The notes under the pieces were generated by a model. The model was not told where the DNA came from. It saw only the letters and a list, made by a program, of their open reading frames with translations, and did no database searches. A DNA stretch of 64,000 nucleotides, from assembly GCA_019704295.1 (NCBI GenBank), contig AP024596.1, positions 64,001-128,000 of the forward strand, in the 5' to 3' direction. Numbering within the stretch: position 1 is the stretch's first letter; each line of letters opens with the position of its first letter. Shown here piece by piece: positions 8,725 to 18,371 of the stretch. Origin of the DNA: Sulfolobales archaeon HS-7 (GTDB taxonomy: Archaea; Thermoproteota; Thermoprotei_A; Sulfolobales; Sulfolobaceae). The position numbers and the translations under genes were made by a program.

Positions 8725-11228
8725 TACTCCCACCAAATTAACGGTTTTACATCGTTAAAGTCTACTGCATGGAAGGAAATTATTTCCCCTCCCTCAAGGA
8801 CGCACGATTCCTTCCCTACCTTAACTATTCTCTTCCCTTTTAACAGGGAAACAGTCTCACACACGTCAGCATCAGCGTATAGCTCCCTCAGGTCGACAAG
8901 TGCTCTACCCCCATCGAATTTAATTTTCACAGCTGACAGTAGCTTCGGATCCTTAATAAACGCCCTACTTTCCCTATTAAGCACTGAGGTATCGAACTCG
9001 CATCTCTCCAGCGTTTCCTCAAATTGCTCAAGTTCGCAATATTTAAAGAAGCCACCTGCCTTTCTCTCGTTGTACGCACTCCTTACGTCCTGATCTGAGC
9101 TTATTCCCCCGCTTTCATAGGCCACGACCTTTTTAAGCCTTCGAAGGATGACGGAGTGAAAGTGCTCTCCCATTTCTATCCCAATCCACTTCCTGTGAAG
9201 CTTCTGCGCCACAGCTACCGTAGTTCCAGAACCTAGGAAATAATCTAGAACCAAGTCCCCTCCTCTAGTGGTGGATGTTATTACCCTCTTGAGTAGCTGT
9301 TCCGAATTCTCTGTAGGAAAACCCCAACGCGAGGGTATTACATACGAGGGGATGTCAAGCCAAAGGGAGTCTAACTTTACCTCTTCCCGCTGGAGTACCT
9401 CAGGCATACCCTCTACAACTTTTCCGCTGGTATCTACGTACCTTTTAGAGGTATTGATCCTGATCCACCCCTCTGCTAACCCCCTGTCAATTTCCCTTTG
9501 CGAAAGAGCCCAATGCCTTCCCTTGGGGGGTAATAGCTTCCTCCCGTTAAATTCCCTCACCTGGCGTTCGTAGGTTGCTCTCTCTCCTGGGAGATGCATT
9601 GGTAACCACTTCCTATTCTCCCTTTTCACTTTAGGGGTAACGAAGTAGTACCTATCCGATTTCGAAAAGAACTCTAGGTAATCATTACCAGTGAGTAGGC
9701 GTTTCGCTTCACCCTTAGGGACCGTTCCCCTCCTTATGATGATTTCGTTCCTGAAATTATCCTCACCGAAAATCTCCCCTAATAGTAACCTGAGAAAGGC
9801 GTTTCCATTATAGTCGCACCTGACGAAGATGCATCCTGTGTCGTTGAGGAGATCCTTGGATACGGTTATCCTGTTTTCTAACATGGAAATCCAGGTGGAG
9901 TCCTTAAATCTGACCCTGTACAGGAAGTCGGCTTCCCTCTCTTTATTGAAAGGGGGGTCAATGTAGATCGCTTGCACTTTGCTCAGGAACTTATGCGATA
10001 ATGTCCTCAGTGCCTGATAGTTTTCCGAATGTATCAACCAACCGTCAAGTGAGTCGTCTAAGTTATCGAAAAGGGCTATTATCTTCCACTCAATCTCGTC
10101 GAAGTACTTTGTATCTATAGGAAGAAATGCGTACTTCTCCCTTATCGAACACTCACCGTCTGAGGAGTTGGATTCCCCAATGTGAGAATCCTGAGAAGGT
10201 GACATCTCACTCATCCCCTGCTGAAGTTCCGATCTCGAACTCTCCGAAAGGGTTCCGCACTCTAAAACTTCATTGGGAGAAAACTCCTTTGGAATCAGAC
10301 CCAACTCCTTCCATTCCTCTAGTTGACGTTCAAACCCCTCGCTCGAGATCAACTCCATTATGATGTTGATCCCGCCCTTTCTTTCCTTTATTCTGTTTAG
10401 CGATATTACGTAATGCGAGTTTCTGACGACTTTTGGCTTTTCCCATATTCTAGCGAGTTCCTCTTCGAATTGGCCTATGGCATCAATAAGTAAATACCCT
10501 ACATCCCTAATAGTTCTTATTACCTCTAATCTTTCCCCATCAAATGAGAGGTCATCTACGTACTCTTTCAGCCAAATATCGAATTGTTCCCTTAGGAATT
10601 CCCTTGCCCTCGGATTTATGAAGTAATCCACTTCAACTTGCCTCTCAAACGATGAGAGGATTTCCTCTACCTCTTCCGCGGAAAGTCCTAGCCTTCTAAC
10701 CAGTTGTCTTACAATGCCCTCTCGAGAACCGGAATTAGTCACTCTTATCTTAACTTCGTTATTGGTTACGGACTCCAATTCGTATCCGAAATCCCCTTCA
10801 CTGTATTTTGTCACGTCAAACGAGAATCTGAACTCACGACCTAGTTTAGCGTAACGAACTTCAGTATCCCTTATTCTCCTCACGGTTTTTATGTATATTA
10901 ATCCTCTTGTCCTCCAGTTTAACGCTATGTCGTTGTAATTTACTTTTTCGTAAACTTTCCTATTGGATATTCTCTGGCTGGGAAGGATTAAACCCGAATC
11001 CGAGAACATGAAGGAGAAGAAGTCGTAAAGCTTTTCGTATACCTCTTCTTTAGCTTGTCCGACAACTCTTCCGTCCACAATTTCCCTGACTTTCCTTAAA
11101 ACTAAATCGAAATAAAGCCTCTTTATTTGGATCAGGTTTATAATTCCGGATTTTCCCGTTATTGGTAATCCTATAAACGCTTTCCTGAACTTCTCTACGA
11201 AGAGTTCCTCATTTTCCATATCCTTCAC
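8724..11228 (-). CDS. mod: Type III modification methyltransferase Mod (beta-class amino-MTase)
   Basis: LIHSENYQAL, catalytic IYIDPPFN, SAM-binding LDYFLGSGTT, WIGIEMGE; directly upstream of res. Confidence 0.9.
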   Translation of the reverse strand: MKDMENEELFVEKFRKAFIGLPITGKSGIINLIQIKRLYFDLVLRKVREIVDGRVVGQAKEEVYEKLYDFFSFMFSDSGLILPSQRISNRKVYEKVNYNDIALNWRTRGLIYIKTVRRIRDTEVRYAKLGREFRFSFDVTKYSEGDFGYELESVTNNEVKIRVTNSGSREGIVRQLVRRLGLSAEEVEEILSSFERQVEVDYFINPRAREFLREQFDIWLKEYVDDLSFDGERLEVIRTIRDVGYLLIDAIGQFEEELARIWEKPKVVRNSHYVISLNRIKERKGGINIIMELISSEGFERQLEEWKELGLIPKEFSPNEVLECGTLSESSRSELQQGMSEMSPSQDSHIGESNSSDGECSIREKYAFLPIDTKYFDEIEWKIIALFDNLDDSLDGWLIHSENYQALRTLSHKFLSKVQAIYIDPPFNKEREADFLYRVRFKDSTWISMLENRITVSKDLLNDTGCIFVRCDYNGNAFLRLLLGEIFGEDNFRNEIIIRRGTVPKGEAKRLLTGNDYLEFFSKSDRYYFVTPKVKRENRKWLPMHLPGERATYERQVREFNGRKLLPPKGRHWALSQREIDRGLAEGWIRINTSKRYVDTSGKVVEGMPEVLQREEVKLDSLWLDIPSYVIPSRWGFPTENSEQLLKRVITSTTRGGDLVLDYFLGSGTTVAVAQKLHRKWIGIEMGEHFHSVILRRLKKVVAYESGGISSDQDVRSAYNERKAGGFFKYCELEQFEETLERCEFDTSVLNRESRAFIKDPKLLSAVKIKFDGGRALVDLRELYADADVCETVSLLKGKRIVKVGKESCVLEGGEIISFHAVDFNDVKPLIWWE

Positions 11229-11872
11229 TTAACTGGAAACGGAAACCTTTCCATTCTATAGGAACTATCCCAAAAAAGATATTCATAAACTGACGCAATT
11301 CTGAAATTTCTCAGTACACGACCAAAGTCGTCCACCCTTAGCGAGTTCATGAGGTTGATGACTTGTTCTACAGATTCCCTATAAGAGGTCGCGGAGTAGT
11401 TGTTTATCCACCTTTGATACACGGGATTTGGCGAACCGTCCCTTGACAGTTCCTCTCCAACCTTCATGTAAATCACGTAACAAGGCATTATTGCGGCTAA
11501 GGCCTGGGGAAGAGGGGATAGCTGAGTTTCAGCAAGGAGAAAGTTCGTATAAGCTAGATTAGTGGGAGACATGTCCCACTCCTCAGGTTCTACCTTCCAA
11601 TTAGCAATGTAAAATATGTGAAGCTGTCTTTCCTCTGAAAGCGAGGCTTCGACGTGCTTTATGAGTTTTATCATCCACTCGTATTCGCATTTATTAGCTA
11701 CGTTTAGAACGGCCCTCCCAAAACTCTTCAGGTAGAGGTAGTCTTGAAGTATGTAAAACCTAAACCTATCCTCCGATAAGGAGCCCTCCCTTAATTCAGC
11801 GATAAAAGGGTGGAAAAGTATTTTCTCGTATATATCTTTAACGTGATCCCACATCACCTGAAAATTTTCCAT
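11225..11872 (-). CDS. tenA: Thiaminase II / TenA family
   Basis: HPFI..L..GSL...FRFYILQDYLYL, PC catalytic Cys, YQRWINNY, EYLFWD. Confidence 0.9.
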   Translation of the reverse strand: MENFQVMWDHVKDIYEKILFHPFIAELREGSLSEDRFRFYILQDYLYLKSFGRAVLNVANKCEYEWMIKLIKHVEASLSEERQLHIFYIANWKVEPEEWDMSPTNLAYTNFLLAETQLSPLPQALAAIMPCYVIYMKVGEELSRDGSPNPVYQRWINNYSATSYRESVEQVINLMNSLRVDDFGRVLRNFRIASVYEYLFWDSSYRMERFPFPVK

Positions 11873-11904
11873 AATCGGAGTAAGTTACATCAGTTTTAAA
11901 TGTT

Positions 11905-12906
11905 TTAGGGAGTGACGAGAATTTTACCTACTCTACTTGGTTCGTGAAGGGAGTTAAGACCTTCCTTTACATTCGCCAGAGGAACTTCCTCACCGATAAT
12001 GGGGGTTATTTTTCCAGACGCCTCAAGTTCCATTGTCTCCCTCACGTCTGCAGAAGTTACAGAGGCATTTCCCACGAACTTAATATCCTTTAGTATGAGG
12101 GAGCCAAATCGAATAGGGGCTGACGACGACGGATCCAGATTTCCCACCTGTAGAATCGAGCCCCCTGCTGAAATCGCCTTTACGTTTTCGAAAAACGTCT
12201 GTACGCCCACTGTGTCTACTATTAAAGTAACGTCCTCCTTTTTGATCTGTTCCGCGTATTTCTCTCCCACCACGACTAAGTCCGAGAACCTTTTAACGAC
12301 TCTTGCCTTTTCCTCGCTTCTCACTTGAGCTATTACCCTAGCTCCTAATGCTTTGAGGAGTTGTACGGCGTGAATTCCAACTCCGCCCGCTGCGCCCGTA
12401 ACTAAAACCGTTGAGTCTTTCACATTAGGGGAGGATCTCTTTACACCCCTGTATATCATTGCAGTAACACAGGGAGTTATTACGGCTAATTCGTCTGTTA
12501 AATTCGTGGGAACTCTAACTGCACTTTTCGCACTTATCGTTGCGTATTCGCTGAAAAAGCCATCCAATTCCTCAGAATAGCCTAACTTATTTCTGCAGTA
12601 ATTCTCAAAGCCTAATTTACACTTATCACATGTCATGTCCGGTGCATATAACAGGGAGACAACTCTATCTCCTGGAGTAAAGTTCGTCATTGAACCGGCC
12701 TTAACAACCTCGCCTACCATTTCATGACCCAGAATTACGGGATACTTCATTCTAGGATAATATCCCTCTAACTGAAGGAGATCCCTATAGCAAATAGACG
12801 CTTTCCTTACTTTTACGAGAAGCTCGTCGTTATTAGGACTCCTTATAGGTACGTCAGTTACTTCCAATTTTCCGCGTTCCTTAACAACAGCTGCTAACAT
12901 ACCCAT
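11905..12906 (-). CDS. Acryloyl-CoA reductase (NADPH), Zn-dependent MDR family, 3-hydroxypropionate/4-hydroxybutyrate cycle
   Basis: CYRDLLQLEGYYPRMKYPVILGHE, LLYAPD..C..C, LGYSEELDGFFSE, PCVT closely match the Sulfolobales acryloyl-CoA reductase as I recall it. Confidence 0.85.
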   Translation of the reverse strand: MGMLAAVVKERGKLEVTDVPIRSPNNDELLVKVRKASICYRDLLQLEGYYPRMKYPVILGHEMVGEVVKAGSMTNFTPGDRVVSLLYAPDMTCDKCKLGFENYCRNKLGYSEELDGFFSEYATISAKSAVRVPTNLTDELAVITPCVTAMIYRGVKRSSPNVKDSTVLVTGAAGGVGIHAVQLLKALGARVIAQVRSEEKARVVKRFSDLVVVGEKYAEQIKKEDVTLIVDTVGVQTFFENVKAISAGGSILQVGNLDPSSSAPIRFGSLILKDIKFVGNASVTSADVRETMELEASGKITPIIGEEVPLANVKEGLNSLHEPSRVGKILVTP

Positions 12907-13034
12907 CTCGCAAATTTACTTTAAGTTATGCATCCTTAAGTCTTTCTGAATCCTAAACATCGTAATGAGGAAATTAGTCCCTTCCTTCACGGGGGCTTAT
13001 GGTAATAGTGTGCTAGGTTACAAGTTTCTATAGA

Positions 13035-13373
13035 GAATTGGGGTTAAGGGGACGTAAAGCCTTTGCCTTTTTAAGGCTGGATTGATAGCCCCTTTACATT
13101 AATATATCCCCTTTATTGTTTTTCAGTGACGTTAACGACGCTCCTTCCGGGCTCCATTAAGCGTTTAACGGGACTGAGGGAGGGGCACTTATCATTTCTC
13201 TTTCTTTCACGGGGATCCAGAGGCATTCTATGACAGATCCCCACTTTCCATATGGGAATGGGTTTCTGTCCCGCTTGACTGACCACTAAACGAGATGTAA
13301 CACCAAATCGATAGTGGGAACGATGAGCCCTCTGGGAGGGAACCCTTGGCCTTCAATGCAAGGAGGAAGTCAG
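13035..13373 (+). mobile_element. Internally deleted IS200/IS605-family (tnpB-type) element with left end and right-end/omegaRNA region
   Basis: Left-end motif ggggttaagggg...gcctttttaaggc..gatagcccc. Right end gatgtaacaccaaatcgatagtgggaacgatgagccctctgggagggaacccttggccttcaatgcaaggaggaagTCAG resembles Sulfolobales tnpB element ends. No ORF retained. Confidence 0.75.
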
Positions 13374-13418
13374 ACTAGATCCTGAAGCTCTTAAACTCCT
13401 CATTAAAAAACATTGAAT

Positions 13419-15371
13419 ATGAAACTTGTTATTACTGAGAAGCCTAGTGTTGCGATGGACATAGCTAGGGCACTTAATGCTACGTCGAAAGGTGATGGTT
13501 ATCTCTACAACGACGAATACGTGATAACTTGGGCTTTAGGTCATCTATTTAACATTGACGACTCAATAGCACCGGCAAAGTGGGACATTAAATCCCTTCC
13601 TATTTTCCCGGAGAAATTTTCTTACTCATTAATACGAGGAAAAGAAAAGCAGTTTAAGGTTATCCGATCCCTCCTATCCAAATCCGAGGTAGTAATTAAC
13701 TGTGGTGACGCGGGGAGAGAGGGCGAACTTATAATAAGGGAAATCCTGAGAGAGGCAAATTACGTCGGTAAGGTGTTAAGGTTCTGGACGTCTGAAGCCC
13801 TAACCAGAGAGGTTATACATAGAGAGTTCGGAAACCTAAAACCCTCACAAGCCTTTGACGACCTGTACTATAGTGCCCTTGCCAGGCAGCAGAGCGATTG
13901 GTTGGTTGGGATAAACCTCACTAGGTTAATAACGTTAAGGGCAGGAGGTAGGGAGGTCTGGAGTATAGGAAGGGTTCAGACCCCTACCTTAAATATAGTT
14001 GTAATGAGGGATAAGGAAATAGAGGAATTTAAGCCTCAGGTATACTACGTGGTCAAGGCTGAATTTGAGGGATATGAGGGAATACTCGTAAAAGATGGGA
14101 AGATATTACAGTTAACTGAGGAAGATGCTGACAAGATAGTACGGGGTCTTTCAAAATACAGTACGGGGATAGTGGACTCAATTAACGAAGAACTTCATTC
14201 AGAACCTCCCCCTTTCCTACACTCCCTTACATCTCTTCAGCGAGAGGCTAATACGGTTTACGGAATTTCCGCTCAAAAGACCCTGGACTCCGCCCAGAGA
14301 CTTTACGAGGAATTCAAGGTAATCAGTTACCCGAGAACTGATGCAAGGCATATGGGCGATGACGCCAGGGGATTAGTAACGAATGTGCTGAAGAAGCTGG
14401 GACTTGAGGAACTGATCCCCAACGTTAACAAGGTCGGGAAGAGAGTTTTCGACTCGTCAAAGTTAACGGATCACCACGCAATAATTCCGCTTGACGTCCT
14501 ACCTTCTAACGTGACGGGCATTGATAAAGAGATTTACGATCTAATCCTGAGGAAATTTAAGGGTGTATTCATGCCCGACCATAAATTCGTTGAGAAAAAG
14601 CTGATTACTCAAGTGGGAGGATTTGATTTCCTAACTGAGGAGAAATTTGATGTTCAAATGGGATGGATGTCGCTATATAGAAAACCTACTATGTCCACTC
14701 TCCCCACACTAAGGAGGGGAGATTCCGTAAGGATTAGGCGGATATACAAGGAGAAGAGAACGACCAAACCTCCCCCTAGATTTAACGAGGCTTCGCTACT
14801 GAGGGAAATGGAAAAGCTCTCTTTAGGGACTCCGTCTACAAGGGCTTCTATAATTGAGACTCTATTAAGGAGGAAATACATCGTGAGGAGAGGAAAAACC
14901 CTGTACTCTACACCTAAGGGGAGGGAGGTGATCTCTAAACTCGGAGAAAGTAAGTTAGCAGATCCCTCAATGACAAGCGAGTGGGAAAAAGAGCTTGAGG
15001 CGATCTACATTAAGAAAATGGGTGAGGAAGGACACAGGGCTTTCCTGAAGAAGATCAAGGAATTCGTTAATCAGGAAATGAAAAGGCTGATAACCGTTTC
15101 CTTTACTTATGAAGATGAGGTTAAGCAGCTAAGGTGTTTTTGCGGGGGAGATGTAAAGTTCGTTAATGGGGTATGGAAGTGTGAGAGATGTAATACTTCA
15201 ATCAAAGAGTATATCTTAGGTAAGAGGCTTACCGAATCCCAAATAAGGGGGTTGTTTGAGGGAAAGAGGGTTAAAGTGAGCGGTTTACGAAGTAAGAAGG
15301 GTAAAAAGTTTTCCGCTACGTTATTTCTGAGTGAGGGTAAGTTGAAGTTCGATTTCAGTAAAAAATCGTAA
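13419..15371 (+). CDS. topB: Type IA DNA topoisomerase III, bacterial TopB-like
   Basis: TOPRIM LVITEKPSVA, GHL, DAGREGE, SIGRVQTPTL, catalytic SYPRTD, DHHAIIP, LGTPSTRA; C-terminal Zn ribbon plus SKKGKKFSATL repeat. Confidence 0.9.
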   Translation: MKLVITEKPSVAMDIARALNATSKGDGYLYNDEYVITWALGHLFNIDDSIAPAKWDIKSLPIFPEKFSYSLIRGKEKQFKVIRSLLSKSEVVINCGDAGREGELIIREILREANYVGKVLRFWTSEALTREVIHREFGNLKPSQAFDDLYYSALARQQSDWLVGINLTRLITLRAGGREVWSIGRVQTPTLNIVVMRDKEIEEFKPQVYYVVKAEFEGYEGILVKDGKILQLTEEDADKIVRGLSKYSTGIVDSINEELHSEPPPFLHSLTSLQREANTVYGISAQKTLDSAQRLYEEFKVISYPRTDARHMGDDARGLVTNVLKKLGLEELIPNVNKVGKRVFDSSKLTDHHAIIPLDVLPSNVTGIDKEIYDLILRKFKGVFMPDHKFVEKKLITQVGGFDFLTEEKFDVQMGWMSLYRKPTMSTLPTLRRGDSVRIRRIYKEKRTTKPPPRFNEASLLREMEKLSLGTPSTRASIIETLLRRKYIVRRGKTLYSTPKGREVISKLGESKLADPSMTSEWEKELEAIYIKKMGEEGHRAFLKKIKEFVNQEMKRLITVSFTYEDEVKQLRCFCGGDVKFVNGVWKCERCNTSIKEYILGKRLTESQIRGLFEGKRVKVSGLRSKKGKKFSATLFLSEGKLKFDFSKKS

Positions 15372-15397
15372 ATACTCCTTTCTCCACAATACGACTA

Positions 15398-16375
15398 TTG
15401 AAGGTCGTATTCGATCAGATATACCTGAAACACGATCCCATATTCGAGCACGTAGAGAATTCTAAAAGAGCCGAAATTGTCCTGAAGACTTTAAACGAAT
15501 TCAACCCCGAGATCATACCACCCATTAAGATCGACGTCAAGGAGATCTACACAATTCACGACCCAGAGTACGTCGAGATGATAAGATTAAAAAGCAAATT
15601 GGGGGACGACATCGATCCCGACACCTACACAAACGCCTATACTTTTGAGGCTGCGCTGAGCGCATTAGGAGGAGCGCTAACAGCGTATGAGAACTCAGCT
15701 ATAGCTATGCTTAGGCCTCCAGGTCATCATGCCGGTATAAGAGGATGCGCTCTTGGCGCACCGACACAGGGTTTCTGCATATTCAATAACATGGCTTTTG
15801 CGGTTTCCAAGAGGAGGGAAAAGAGAATTGCGATTGTCGATTTCGATGTTCATCACGGGAACGGGACGCAGGAGATATTTTACTACGACCCAAATGTTCT
15901 TCATATTGATATTCACCAATCGCCCCTGTATCCAGGAACGGGCAGCGTTTTCGAAAACGGAGGGGGAGAAGCTAAGGGAACAAAGGTTAATATCATCCTC
16001 CCTCCACTGTCATCTGATGACGTTATGGATGACGTTTTCCCAATCATCGAGGAGATCTTATCCGAGTTTAATCCTGAGGTTATGGCATTTTCAGCGGGAT
16101 TTGACGGATACGTAAATGACGGTCTCGCTGAATTAGCTCTAACCGAAAAGACCTTTTACAGATACGGACTTTTGGGAAGAAAAATGAAGAACTTCGTCGT
16201 AATCGAGGGAGGATATTCTATAGGACTTGAAAGGGGGTTAAGGGCCTTTGTACAAGGACTTCTTGGCATCCAAGAGGACTATAAGGGCGGGAAGACCTCC
16301 CCTCCTGTAAGGTCGAGGTTTGAACAAAACCTAAAGGAGTTTAAGGCTATATACTCTAATTATTGGGGTGTGTAA
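15398..16375 (+). CDS. Histone deacetylase / AcuC family Zn-dependent deacetylase
   Basis: RPPGHHA, GFCIFNN, DFDVHHGNGTQ, SAGFD, EGGY. Confidence 0.92.
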   Translation: MKVVFDQIYLKHDPIFEHVENSKRAEIVLKTLNEFNPEIIPPIKIDVKEIYTIHDPEYVEMIRLKSKLGDDIDPDTYTNAYTFEAALSALGGALTAYENSAIAMLRPPGHHAGIRGCALGAPTQGFCIFNNMAFAVSKRREKRIAIVDFDVHHGNGTQEIFYYDPNVLHIDIHQSPLYPGTGSVFENGGGEAKGTKVNIILPPLSSDDVMDDVFPIIEEILSEFNPEVMAFSAGFDGYVNDGLAELALTEKTFYRYGLLGRKMKNFVVIEGGYSIGLERGLRAFVQGLLGIQEDYKGGKTSPPVRSRFEQNLKEFKAIYSNYWGV

Positions 16376-18143
16376 TGTGATCGCGTGTACGAGGGACTGT
16401 TACGATACCTGTGTATTCGATCAAAACTATAGACCAATAAGGGATTTCCCATTCAACGGATTTACATGCTCTAGGGGGAACAGCGACTTAAAACGCAATG
16501 ATCTCAATAGAGTTAACAATCCCGTAATTGAGGGAAAGGAGGTTGATCTGAAAACTGCAGTAACTTACCTGGTTAAGGAATTGAAGAAGACTAAAATAAG
16601 TGAGGTAATTCACGTGGATTACGACGGAAATCAAGGACTATTAACGTGGTACTTTCCCGCAAGGTTATGGAACGTCCTTGGGGCTGTAACGACCGATTAC
16701 TCGATATGTAGTTCTGAAGGTCATAAGGCCCTTTCAATGCATTACGGAACTAGTTTCGGAGCATTACCAGAGGACTTCGCCAATCAGAAGGCATTTGTCT
16801 TCTGGGGTTCGGAGGCTTCAGTAAGCTTCATTCACGGATGGTTTTTAGCTAAGGATAAGTATAAGGTCACTATAGACGTTAGAATAAGCGAAACGGCGAG
16901 GAAAAGCGATAGGTATTTCATAATTAAACCATCGAGTGACGCCTATCTGGCTGTGGGTATAATCAAACTTCTTTCTAAAAAGTTCAAGATTGATGATAAC
17001 CTGCTCAATTTCGTAGAAAGGTTTTCTATGGATCAAATAGTCTCAATCACCGGCCTTTCAGAAGGTGAGATAGAGGAGATAGCAGGGATATATTCAGAGA
17101 TGTCTCCCCTTACGGTGTTGGGATTCGCCCTGGGAAGGACTTTAAACGGTGGAGAGGCGATAAGGCTTATCTCCTTAATAAGTCACATAATAGGTAAGGG
17201 AAGAAAAGGTTTCTTCTACTCTAACACTTACGGCTGGGGAATCGATTTCGATTACTTAAGGGGGACTCACGAACACAGTCCGTCAAGGGTTGTGGGAATG
17301 GCAGAGGTAGGAAAGGAGGTTGAGGAAGGTAAATTAAAGTTCATGTTCGTATGGAACTCCAATCCGATTCACTCCCTACCGGGCGCTGACAGAATCGTTG
17401 ATGCCGTAAGGGAGGGAGGACTTTTCCTTGTGGTACATGACCCATTCTGGTCTGAAACCGCAAAGCTAGCTAACGTAGTTATTCCCGCCTCGACTTTCCT
17501 TGAGAAACATGACGTGGTTTACAGCTATTGGCATCAGTTTTTAGTTTACAACGCTCCAATAAGGCAACCTAAAGGCGTAACCGAAGTAGAGCTAATGAGA
17601 GAAATTTCAAAGGAATTGGGAATTAACGAGAGATGTTTAACCGAAGACGAATGGGATGCGATAGATTATGCCATTAGGAATACTGGCGTCACTTTAACTC
17701 AGTTAAAGGAAAAGGGTCTAGCCAAAATGATCCCTCATTATCTAGAGAAGTTTTCGATAACTCCTCTGCCAGAGAAGCTGATCCCTCCTGAGGAAAAACT
17801 TCTCGTCTATGGAGGGCATCCCAATTACACGAACTCCCAATTTAAGGAGATCTATGGGGATAGGGAAGCAGTTATATATAATTCCGAATATGAGGGGGAG
17901 GGATATCTAATTACGGAAAAAGGGGAGGTTAGAGTTACTTTTAGGAAAGGAAACTTACCTAAAGGCGTATTCTTTGCGTACAAGAACTTCTTGTTTGATA
18001 AGGAGGGCAGGCCGATCAATTCTCTGTCAAGCTGGGAAAAGGGGAAGTATGGGGGCACTCCGTTACTTAACTACACTAAGATAATTGGGGTAAGAATTGA
18101 AGAAAGGAAAGAAGAACCGAAAATTGTTGGAGATTCTCTATAA
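16368..18143 (+). CDS. Molybdopterin-dependent oxidoreductase (DMSO reductase superfamily)
   Basis: N-terminal Fe-S motif CTRDCYDTC...CSRG; WNSNP; VVHDPFWSETAKLANVVIPA. Confidence 0.85.
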   Translation: MCNVIACTRDCYDTCVFDQNYRPIRDFPFNGFTCSRGNSDLKRNDLNRVNNPVIEGKEVDLKTAVTYLVKELKKTKISEVIHVDYDGNQGLLTWYFPARLWNVLGAVTTDYSICSSEGHKALSMHYGTSFGALPEDFANQKAFVFWGSEASVSFIHGWFLAKDKYKVTIDVRISETARKSDRYFIIKPSSDAYLAVGIIKLLSKKFKIDDNLLNFVERFSMDQIVSITGLSEGEIEEIAGIYSEMSPLTVLGFALGRTLNGGEAIRLISLISHIIGKGRKGFFYSNTYGWGIDFDYLRGTHEHSPSRVVGMAEVGKEVEEGKLKFMFVWNSNPIHSLPGADRIVDAVREGGLFLVVHDPFWSETAKLANVVIPASTFLEKHDVVYSYWHQFLVYNAPIRQPKGVTEVELMREISKELGINERCLTEDEWDAIDYAIRNTGVTLTQLKEKGLAKMIPHYLEKFSITPLPEKLIPPEEKLLVYGGHPNYTNSQFKEIYGDREAVIYNSEYEGEGYLITEKGEVRVTFRKGNLPKGVFFAYKNFLFDKEGRPINSLSSWEKGKYGGTPLLNYTKIIGVRIEERKEEPKIVGDSL

Positions 18144-18371
18144 GGTGAATTATGACGTTGGCCTCCTTTTTCAAACGCCTTAGTTAGCTTCACTTAATAA
18201 GGACTTCTACAGTCTATCGACTTTTTTAGAATTACTTTTACATATAGAGGAAAAATGCGACACCTACTAGCTTTTCGAGATTATAAATCACCACCCCCCA
18301 GAAGATGAGCAGTAGAGGTATATCACAGGAGGATGTTCTTTCCCCAGTTCGTCAGGCCTATACAGAATTCG

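Noticed and set aside
10145-10262. Mod insertion as a mini-intein (starts with Cys)
   Set aside because: Only about 38 aa, with no C-terminal His-Asn or other intein blocks.
15753-16115. 120-aa alternative-frame ORF inside the deacetylase, and the many short antisense ORFs elsewhere
   Set aside because: Nested in well-supported genes with no recognisable motifs; expected shadow ORFs.
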